Positions 41,601 through 53,600 of a stretch of DNA of 64,000 nt are shown here, piece by piece. Numbering within the stretch: position 1 is the stretch's first letter; every line of letters begins with the position of its first letter. Source of the DNA: Trichoplax sp. H2 (taxonomy: Eukaryota); contig NOWV01000223.1 in NCBI GenBank assembly GCA_003344405.1, positions 1-64,000 of the forward strand, written 5' to 3'. The notes beneath the pieces were generated by a model. It had not been told where the DNA came from. It searched no databases and saw only the letters and a program-made list of their open reading frames with translations. Both the position numbers and the translations under genes were made by a program.

Positions 41601-44600
41601 CAATCCAAAAAATTCAGTACCGAGCACTAAATCATCAACAACTTTCATAGTATAATTAAAAAAAAGAGATTAACTACCACTGCTAAAAAATTAAGACACT
41701 TAGATATAACCAGTATCGAAGAAAATTTGATTGCTTTTTTAGTCTGGCTTATATCTTTATTTTGCGCTATTAATTGACTGTTGTATAACTAAATTAGTTG
41801 TACTGATAAAGTAATCGGTCTCAATCAGATGTACCTTTGATTTCATATGATAATTTCAAGTAAACTAAATTCGAGGGATTATAAAATTATTAGCTTGGCT
41901 TTATCAGAACAGATCGCTTGTTTTACTGTATATTAATTAAATTTGGCATGATAAAACTAAATAATCAATTGACATTATTTTAAATCTCTATAATAGCTAC
42001 TGAAAATTATACACCTCTTGCGTGAGATTTAAAGCGGATTTCAATATCAAAATAAGCTTACTTTAAATTTAACGCAGGATCTGAGCCTTGCCCAAGCGAT
42101 TGGTACTTTTATGGCCCAGAAAATGTCTGTTTACACTTGGTTGACAAGAACACTAAATTTCACATTGCTAAGAAAACCTGCTGGAATAATTTTACCGCAG
42201 GGCTCTTGTACATCGATAGTGCTAAGAAGGAAAACTTCATTAAGACTAACATTATTGTCAATAAGTATACGTTTTATTGGCTTGGATTAAAAGACCTTGT
42301 TGGTGATGATAAACTAGAATCTCACCGATGGCTAGCTTCGAATAAAACCTTGGCGGAAAGCAATTATATAAATTTGGCAAATAATAGACCACCCAGGATA
42401 GATGCATATAAATGTATTATCATATATTTTCGGCGGACGCCTGAATGGCGGGAAGAAGGATGCGGCAGTAAAAATAAATTCATCTGCGAAAAAGGTTTAG
42501 AAACAAAGTTAATCAATCTGCATTTAAATACAAATGAAGAGCAAATGCCTTCCTAAACCGATTCAAGATATAGGCCGAGCTGTTTTTTATCCGTTTCATT
42601 CCTAAATTCAGCCATTTCACGATAATTTATTTATTAAAGTTGTTTAAAATGCGCTAAGTTATTTTCTTTAGCTTTATTCTTTGTCAAACACAAGACAAAT
42701 TTTACGTAGTAATCACACCGCTTAGTTCTAATACAATTGCTTTAACGGTAATAAATTTATTAAGTCTAGTAATACCAATTTATAAGACTTCTTCTTGTAA
42801 AATATATTGACAGAGCATTGAATAATTTTTCTCTTTGCTTAGCTGCAAGTTCTTCAGCAATGTTATCCGCAACAAAAAGTTTCTTGGGTATGTATTTTGA
42901 ATAAACTTCTAGCAGCTTAATATTTATTATAGTGATTTCCTATTCAAAATTTCCTAAATATCATGGTATTGAATGAATTGCGGCATTTCATTCAGCTATG
43001 ATCTCATCCTCAGAAGGACGATATAGTAAACATGTTAAATGATGCGATTACTCTTACATGTAAACATTAATTTCACGAATACAAAATTAACGTGCGTAAT
43101 GATCGAAATTATTTATTCATTAGTTAGTTCTAAGTTTATGCCTTTCCTAGCAGCGATATAAGATATAGAATGTAAATTCTACTAACATGAGTATAGCATG
43201 ATTAACCAATATTTATTACTCCTATTGGAACCCAAACCTGTTAGCAACTATAACAGCGTTTAATTTTCAACTTTATAATTAAATCTCAAAGCTATGTTCA
43301 TATTAAAGTTAGCTGCACAGAAATTTATCTTGCTAGAAGATTTAAATCAGTTTATAAATAGTGGTAAGCAATCCCAATATTATATTATGTTGCAAGAAAA
43401 ATGTTTGTCCATGCAATACATACGCTAATGTTACTTTATTTCTTATGCTGTGTCAAAGTATAATATTTACTGTGGCTATTTCTTAACAGTTGATTATGAA
43501 ATTACGTCTTTGCAAAAAATAGCATCATGTACGATTATTAGGCAAGAATGAATACTCATAAATTAGAAAAGGGACATACATAGAACTACGAAAAGAACAC
43601 TAAAAAATGATAGCTTGGCTGGGTATAATGGCATTTTAAAATAAATTCACTGCAATTCTTACAATTTATGGATACTATTTGACATCAGTCCAGTGATTTT
43701 AAGCAGCTTGTATAATAATGACAGTCAGTAAGATTATTACACTAAGGTAGATGAAATTATATTCGCAAGTCACTAATTATAGTCACCAATTCTAGTCATC
43801 AATTCTAGTCTTGAGTATTTCATAAGGCAGTTGCTGTTGTTAATTATAAATTGTTTAGATTACAATTTCAATAGTTATAGCTGCTTGGTACGGTGTATAA
43901 ATTATAGTGACCATTAGTAGTTTGTAATCCATATACAAGGGTCTGCATGATGATAAATATACAGTTTCTGCTGAATATTTTGCGATTAATAATAAAATAA
44001 TACCAATCAAACCCTCCTGTTATATCATAATAAAGATTACTATCTTACTGATAGATTACTGTATCTCAGGACTTGAATATCTCTTATATTATAATTACCT
44101 TACTGACTATAATTGTTTCTTACTAGTCGTATCTCAAATGATTCAGCCTTCAATGATGATATCGTGTATAGTCCATGTAGACCATACACATACATATTAA
44201 TAAATACTAATAACTACCTATAATTCAGTTGTGAATCTATAAGTCTGTGTTTCACAACTTTGCTAAATGTATAAGTAACTAATTTTGCTCCTACTGTATC
44301 CGCTCTACCGTAATATACCGTTGCTAATAAGCGTCACTAACTAGGCTAGTTCAGTATTAGACCTTATTCAGCAGTGAGTATATCCAGACAACTTCATAAA
44401 TCATCTTTATTTGAACGATAGAATATACTACTAGAAAATGTAATATGAGAACTCATTCTATGATTAAAGGCTCCCTCTTATATACCTGTGCCGATTTCCG
44501 TCGGTGTAAATTAATACATAATTCTATTTACAACATACTCGATTTTGTATAAATATATTTATGATAATTAGTATAGAATAAATATATGCTAATTAATATT

Positions 44601-47600
44601 GAGTGCTTACTACTCTTGCTCCAATTAAGAAATCAGCTAGACTTGTTAATTAACAACTCACAGTTACAAGTGTGACAATCTCTATTACACATTATACTCT
44701 TATTTAATGATTTAAATCGTCAGAGTCGCTAATGGAAATCCATAAAAAATTTAACATATTACAACTCTACTTTAGGTAAAAATATGAATAAATATTTGTT
44801 TATTTAAAGTAATGGTGAACAGTAACACTGTGATAGTATAAATCTTGCAAACGTAATAAATATATACTTGTAATTAGTGATAAATTTGCGATACTAACGA
44901 AAACCCATCATTTGCACTTAATGACACTAAGGGAATTTCACAGTCTACAGCTTTTGAAATTGAGAGCTTGTCATCACTTACGGCTATTCAAGATAATAGA
45001 TTATCATCACCTATAGCTATTGGAGATAGTAGATTATCATCAAATACAGGCATTAAATATGGCAAATTATCATCATCTACAGCAATAAAAAATAATAAAC
45101 TGTCACCTGATATAGCTGCTGAAGATAACAGATTATCATCATCTACACCTGTTGGATATGATAGATTATCATCAGGCACAACCATTAAAGATGGTAGATC
45201 ATTATCATCTATAGCTTTGGAAGATTATAAATTATTACTATCTACAGTCTTTAAAACCACATGGCTATCAGCATCTACAGCTACTAAAGCTGATAGATTA
45301 TCACCAGATACAGCTATTAATAGTAACAGATTATCCCCATCCACCACCATTGAAGCTGATAAGCTATCTTCATTTACACTTTCTGAAGACAATATATTAC
45401 CACTATCCTTAGCCATTAAAGATACTGAGCTACCTTCATGAAATAGCGTAATATTGTCATTAGGTAAAATCATGCAAAATTTTTATCAGTTTTCGAATTT
45501 ATATGCTTTTTTTCTATTATAAATAGCATCAATTAAGACATGTAAGTTACCGATTTAATTTCTGAAAGGAAGATTGTAGAAAAATAATCTATAATGATCA
45601 TTTCTAATTTTAGCAATGCCCTACATCTTTAGTGGCTTCATGATATATATAACTACCTCTTTATACATGCAGTAAATTAGCTCATGCAAGAAACTTCTGA
45701 ATGAAGAATAGTTAATAATATATTACTAACATTACAACTACTACTTATTTCGACATAAGATGGAGAAAGATTGATGGCCTTATAGTCCTTCTCCAGGAGG
45801 TTATAAGCAAATGCGATTATGCAGACTATTTATACGTTGCATATTAAGAATTTGAAGCATCAGTTTCAAAATTGCTATTCTTAACCACTGTTCACGGTCT
45901 TTACAACTATTATATATAATCAAAAAGCTTTATTATCGATACAAAATTTGATATTAAGAAGCTTCAAATCGCATACATTAGTTCCAATATGTGACTTTAA
46001 TTAAAATCACATTAAATATGGCATAAAATAAGACCTTTAATTTAGGCAGATAGTTAGATGACCGTGCGATCAGTGACCATAAGTTGAGGGGCTGCGAAAA
46101 TTATATTAATAACTCGTGAAAAAATGATGGATTCAATAATGGATAAAGAATATGATTTGCTATTTTTTTTAATTTGCTTCATTTCTTTATAGCACCACCT
46201 TCAGAATCTCAAGTAACCATATTGTCCAAATATTCCAAGACATCGCCTTCTGAATCATCTAGTGCAAACCTTTTCGCTACAGGTGAGAGAGTATGTGAAA
46301 ATTGACGAAACATTTTATTTTGGATTTATGTTGCTAGTACTAAATACAAAGATACGTTTTGTAAACAAATTTCCCTGAATATTATGATGTACGATGAACC
46401 TCTAGACCAAAATTTAGCAAATTTCATACACTATTTATCCTATAAATTCAAGATAGATCTGCTCAATCGAATCTTTTGAGTCACTTTCTATAACTACTTT
46501 ATTTGATTGTACTGAATATTAATAATATCTTCTCATATAACAATACCGGCCAATGTTATTTGGTAAAATGCAATCTATTGTAGAAGTATTTGTTTAGGAC
46601 GAAACAACAACTCAAAAGATGTAAAAGTGGCAGCATAATCATGTTTAACACAAAAATTTTCTAGAATGAAATAGTTGTAGAAGTATACTTTTAAATATAC
46701 CATTTACAGTTGTATATTAAAGATAAACACGCATAGACCTTTACACACAAAATTTTAGAAGCTTTATCATAAAGACTAACAATATCTAGTTAATTTTTTA
46801 TCGCATATTTCCTTCAGAGTCCTTAGGATTTTCAATTTCTACTCATACAGAATTAGCTCAAGAATCGAATATTTTGCTCACAGGTACAAAATATCAAGTA
46901 GAGAACTAATAATTTAGATACATAATCTGCTTTCAGAATTCGATTTATCTAATTACACTTCTAATTGTCTCTGATACTTTTAAAAATCTACTGGTGTTAC
47001 TACTATAAAATTTGGCACGTTATTGATAGGTAATCACTTATCAAATGATACTTGCCCTGAACGATCTTAACTCTTGTTTTAATTTGAAATAAATAAAATT
47101 TAATTAAGTTGAAACTATTCATATTTACAGATTCAACAACTTTATTGGACTTAAAAGGTAGTTTTACTGCCTTGTTGATCGATTTCAGCACTTCAAAAAC
47201 AGGTATATTTACTTTTCTATTGCCTATATCATTTACTAGGCTGCAATTCTTTAATAAACGGAAATTATGAAGTTATAAGTCGTAAAATATTTGTCTAAAA
47301 GTTTATAATCGCTCTTTCGCCGATTACTTTCTTAGAAGTAAATATTTGCTACCAACGAAATTAAGCATTTATCTTTCTAAAGTAGAAAAGTTTTTTTAAT
47401 GTTATGATCAAATTTACGATTAAATATGAGAAATAAATTGATCTGGTTTCTATAATTTATTGTCAAGATATGCAAGATATTTATCAGTTCTTCACTACTG
47501 ACAACAAATCGACCATCGCAAAATACACTGCAACCTCAGATGTACAAGAAAAAGTCTATACCAATTTGTATAGCTCTGGAAGTACATTCACATTTGATTA

Positions 47601-50600
47601 CAACAAGAAAAGCCTCTCTTCCAGAATTGAACCAAATATCTATTTAACTACCGTTGACGATATTGAGTCAGCTTCCTCGTTCTCTCAGCTATATTCTAGC
47701 TGTTATCAGCCGTCCATAAGCCACTGGCCTACATTTTCTTCACAATATACCTTGAATAGTAATCAGAATATCAATACAAATGCAGATAGACTCAATAGTG
47801 TTTCCTTCAAATCCTTAGCCGGTAAGCCATAGAACTTCGTAAAGTAATAAACTAGTGGAAGTATTTAATCTAGTTACGATGATAGCGTTGTTATCGATTC
47901 ATGTTACAGTGTTATGCACTGTAATATCGAGATTATAGTAGAAACATCTATGACAGGATAATTTTGTTGAATTACCCTTATATGAACGGTTTCTAATTTA
48001 GATAAGTGATATTTAAGTATAGCATTAGTTTTTATGGTGATATATACAGCCTACTGAAATTAATAGTTTAATTAGGAAATCGAGAATAATCTTTTTAAAA
48101 TTCAAGTCACCGTGATTGAGATTTAATTATGGTAGATTGTATATTATCGTAGAAATGTTCCGTGATTGGACATATTGTAATTTGACAATTTTGTATTAGT
48201 CATTCGATGTCTATGTTCGTAAATACTGTTGTCTTCATTAGGTAGCAGTAGATAAAATTAGCTTTAGATTCACTATCAGGTTTCAATATTAATATTACTA
48301 GCTAGAATGCCTTTGCTATTGTAAAAGAGTATATAAAAGCGATACATCGTATACTAAAGTTAGTTCTTATGATTATTGTTTAACGTAAGATACGAGGCGT
48401 CTAAGTCTTTTTGTAGTCTACTGCTATAGGAAAACTGTTCCTGAAAGAGTAGATGTTGCTCCCTGATACGTGGTTTAGGGAATCGACTGATTGATCATGC
48501 ATTACGTTATCTTATTGCAAAGCTGTTTTGTAACTATTCATAAATAAGTAATCAATAATTAAATTGATTAAACTTGCCTAATATTCAACAGCGCCTACTG
48601 ACATCGATGTAACTACGCATCAGATCCCCTTCCATCCTACACCTACAGACCAAGACATTACTTTTAATCCTTTCGAGGAGGTGCTATAATAGTTATCTCT
48701 AATACAAACACGATGAAATCTTTTACTATATTTGCATTTGTTATTATTTTAGTATTCTAAAGTTCCTATTGTAACAGCAAATGATACACTCAGGGCATTA
48801 GCAAAAATTAATGAAGAACTAGCGATCCATCCAATTCTAACAGTTCAAACAGCAAAGATTTACGGTCAAGGTTTAAATCAACTTATATCCAAGCTTATCA
48901 CAAATGCATCAAATACTGAATTAATTATTGCATTATCACAGGTAAAATAAGTATTAGAGTATGAGTGTAATTTAGTTTATTGCATCTTTAATAAAATTAG
49001 AATTAATTCTAAATTACGTACACTTTTTTAATTTCAATCTGAATGAATACCAAAATAAGTCTATGATCAAAACGGTGGAATCTGTCAGCCGCACAATTTC
49101 AGCTCAATCTGATAAGGTCTGCTAATAGCTTAGTTTTCGTAATAGTGAATTTTTACCGTGTAAATGTTGTGTAATATTCTAAATTTTACATTTTAATTTA
49201 ATTTGTTAAGGTCAATAATTTAAATAACTATTTCAACGATGCAGTATATGTGAATTGTAAAACAACCTTTTTTTCATATTATTCTTAAGTACCAGTCGTG
49301 AAAATTTCGTAGTACAGGGAAGTTCATTACAGATTTTTGTTAGATTTCTACAGTTTTCAGATTATGATTTCAACTGATAACATGATCATATTTGTACCGG
49401 TAGGAGCTAATTATAAATCTGATTATCCTGTTGACAAGGATTGATAGTTTTCAAAGTTTAGGAATAATATAATTTTCCTGTAGATGCATCCTCAATAATT
49501 TAATTTTATTATACAAGAATTTCTTTACATCTCCGTGCATCATTTCATGTTCTGAACTGCCGTAACATGAACTTTTTAATGCTATTAATTAGTTCTAAAC
49601 GTATATAGATTAAGAAATTTAGATTGCACCTTAATATAGTTACTCTCAAATGATTTTGTCTATTCCTCGATTTGGTAAGCAGAAAATAGAATTATCTATA
49701 AATTATACGAAGATATTGGACAGATTTTTCTTACGTGTGGCCGATAATTTGTTTCTGGGTCAATCATTAAACATAACAGACGGCGAAACAGGTAAAATTA
49801 TGATGATTCCAAGTAATTTTAGAAATTATGAGTAATGTCTAGTAGCAAATATAGTTAAACTTGATTACAATGTCCAAAAATTTTAAAGTGGTCAAGATTC
49901 AAAATTCGAAACTTTTGGATTACAGAATATTATTAATAACTAATTATGAAAAAAGCCAAAATCAAGAGATTTTATTTATTTAATTAACCCTTTAGTAAAT
50001 ATCTATTTATTAATATGGTTATAATGATTAGGAGATACAATTATCAAAATCCAAAAGCAGCAACTTCCTGCCAATATTTATCATAATTTTACTGCAGTAT
50101 TCAACCTTACATCTTCAAACCAAAATGGGATTATGATGCATTTATTCAATGTTTTCTATAATCAAAGTTTGTATTGAATTAAGATTCTTTCTCATGCTAA
50201 TTATCAAAAATTTGATTTGAAACCTAGATTAAGAACAAATCAACTTATAGATGAATTTGCACTTGAGTATTAGACAATCAATACTTATACTATACTACTT
50301 TGTGTAGGTCAGACTATTAATATTTTAACCGGAATTTACCCCTTTTTGCGGAATGAAATTACACAAGGAGCTGCAAGGTAAGTCAATTTTGATATTTGCA
50401 TATCTAGATTTTTTTGGCAATCGATACATGATTAAATTTTATGGAGACTATCAAATTATAATTAAGACATAATAGCAGCAATGGTAACTAATTTCTTTTT
50501 ACTTTAGCGATGATATTATTTCCGATATAATAACGTGTAAGATAGATCCGTATCCACCAGGGGAATCAGAATTAAACTTCCATTATAGTATTATCAAATC

Positions 50601-53600
50601 GGAGAATATTCCGCATCAGTATATCAATGTAAGGGGTTAAAATGTGATTTCAAGTTTGGTCAATTCAATTTTATTAGGAAATGCTCTTATTAGTACATCA
50701 GTTTTTAAATATCATATCTTTTTAACTATTTCTAAAATCTCTTAATTGTTGTAATGTAAAGATATCAAAATAAATATAATTGAAGTTAAGAGAGCGCATT
50801 TATAGTACTAAATTCAGTTCCATTAGTGACTTTCTGATTATTTTAAATCAAGCAAAGAACGTTAGCAATCAGTTTTAAGCCGACTAATGGCAAAGTTTAT
50901 GTTTTGATGTGCTAGCTACTAGTATAGTAAATCAAAACATATTTCACAAGTGAATTTTAACTGATTTAGGGCACAAAATCGCAGGTACTTAAGTGCGTTT
51001 ATTTAAATCTTACAACAAGGTATGTTAATTTAATTGCTGATTTAAGTATAAAAAATCATTAATATGCAGCATAAAATAATTAAACTGACCTTCCAGCGAT
51101 TTAAGAATCATTGTAACGTAATTTTACCTTACATGATTATATGCATATGCCAAACAGGAAATGGTCTCATTCTGGATGCACTTTAAATCCTGAGATTTCG
51201 AAATATGCGATGTGTAACTGCAATCATTTAACACATTTTGCCATCATGTTTCAATTCAGTAATGTTAGTAGACATAAACGGATTCTATAAAGGAATTAAT
51301 AGATTCCAATTTATAATTGCATTTTGACGGTCAGATATTTAATATGCGGCCCAATAACTGTATAGTATCTGTAGCAATGTATTAATTGGTCATTTTATAT
51401 CTGATAGCTCAATGATGTTCAATCGCTACTGGCTCCAATTATAATTATTGAATATATTGGTATCGGATTTTCCATAATTTGCATTGCTATGACTCTTATA
51501 GTTTACGGAATTTTAAGGTACTACGCCAATTTTCAGTAATGAAATTGTAAAATATACGTACCCTATGCTTAAATAAAAAATAATACAATAGCGTGAAGAT
51601 ACTTCGTAACTATACTTACTTTTAGCCTGTATTGGTTACCTTTTAAATAAGTAATTTTCCGTAGAGATTCAATTTAATAAACGTAGTAATGAAATAAAAT
51701 AAAATATTCCCAATAATAAATCATTCCTCTTATTTTCGGTTTATTAGGCTTAAATCTGATCGATTCATAATTCATCGAAACTTGCTAGTCGCTTTATTCT
51801 TATTGCAGTGTTCTATTATAGCTGGATCTCAATCAGTAGAAAATAAGGTAGACTGGTTTAAGACATATTTTCTATAGAATATTCTTCTAAATATTAAGTT
51901 GGTAACACGCTATGATCATAATTATTACTAGTAAGCGTATACTAGTTATACTTCGCGTACTGGATATATATATTATAAACTCTATACGTACTTGTACTTT
52001 TTACTTTACTATTTTTAGAAGCAATTTTATTGCCTTTAAAAAATGCAGAAATTATCATTTTCTCGTTAATAAATAGAGCAAATCACTTATACTTAAAATT
52101 TCATTACTATCAACCATGTTTAAAGCTTTAATTTAATCTTATACTTATAGACTTTGCTGTAATTATTTTTATTTTTTAATTTATATTTGCATAGACCTAA
52201 GCAGTGTGTCCTAAACCTATTTTTTTGTTTGATTGCGCGTTATAGAATCTGTGTACCGCAATGGCAATCTTGACACATTTCTTTTGCGTAGCAACGTTCT
52301 CCTGGATGTTAATCGAAGCTATCCATTTATATTTTCTCATCATCACAGTCTTTACCAAGAAGAATCGAATTTCAATTTATTACTTCGTCGGTTGGGGTAC
52401 GTTTTACAAGCGTAATCAATCTTAGACTCAAAGACGGTATAGTAAATGCACCGTATTTAGACAAGTTTTCATTGCAGGCTTGCCGATTATTACGGTTGCA
52501 GTAACATTAACGGCCAAATTTGAAGGTTACGTAAACGATACGGGGTCAGTAGTGGCGAAATGCTAATATCATAAGCCAATTATCAAAAATTTCATTGCTA
52601 TATCTATTATAAGAATTCTATTAGCTAGCAAAAAATGATAAATTTACAATCAATAATGATCTATGAGCTTTAAGGTCGCAATAAGATATTTTAAATTCTA
52701 ATTTCTCTATAATAAATTGGCCATATTTTATATTGGTTTTATAATAGGATTTCTAATTTAAATAAATGCTGGTTAAACTTACAAGATGGATTTAAATGGG
52801 CAATCGTAGGACCTGTTATTTCAATTATTGTTGTGTGTATTTAATAGGCAGCGTACTGTAATAGTATATTTCTGAAATTTATACAGCATATGTATCTATT
52901 TATAAATTCATAAGGTATCAAATTTGATTTAGAAAGGATATTTAAAAGAAGGATCTTTTAATTCAAATTTGTATTGCCTTATATTATATAGGTTAATACT
53001 GTCGTAATGATTTGTGTAGTCAAGGTTACTGTTTCATCTACTATAGCTGATGCTTATAAAAATGATAGCCGTAAAGGAAGATTGCAGGGTACTAAGTAAG
53101 TTGAAAAGGAGACATATTAAAAAATTTAAATGATTTATTCAATAGATAAAAATTAAACTTATTGAACATTTCATCCATAGATCAATGGTCAAGGCTAGCG
53201 CAATACTAACGCCTATTCTAGGTCTAACATGGCTGCTGGCTTTAATTCCGATTACAAAGCAAACCATTGTATTTACCTATCTCTCCGTCATATTAAATTC
53301 TTGCCAGGTAATAATTTATGGATGTTACTTTTGAATAAAGTCGTATAATTGCCAATATATATGCAAGAAATACATACTGGTGTCACGGTACGAACTACCG
53401 TGAAGAAATAGCTATCTAAATTTGGTTAATATAGTATAGTGATATTATATTACAACTAGTTACTTACAATAGGAATTACTCTAATTATAAATGTGTTACA
53501 GTAAATTTATTGCTGTGCTGTAATATGTGCTGAAATGATTCTGTGAATGGACATATTGTAGTCCGACTGTGAAAAACTACTTAGTAGATGTTCTCACCCA

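Noticed and set aside
44968..45441. 33-bp periodic repeat as a CRISPR-like array
   Set aside because: Degenerate in-frame coding repeat with no constant repeat/unique spacer structure; eukaryotic context.
44988..45473. Minus-strand ORFs with DDNL repeats
   Set aside because: Antisense shadow of the 33-bp repeat stalk exon.
52233..52415. ORF track entries 52233-52415 and 54240-54434 as separate proteins
   Set aside because: Out-of-frame readings of GPCR 2 TM3 and TM6 exons.
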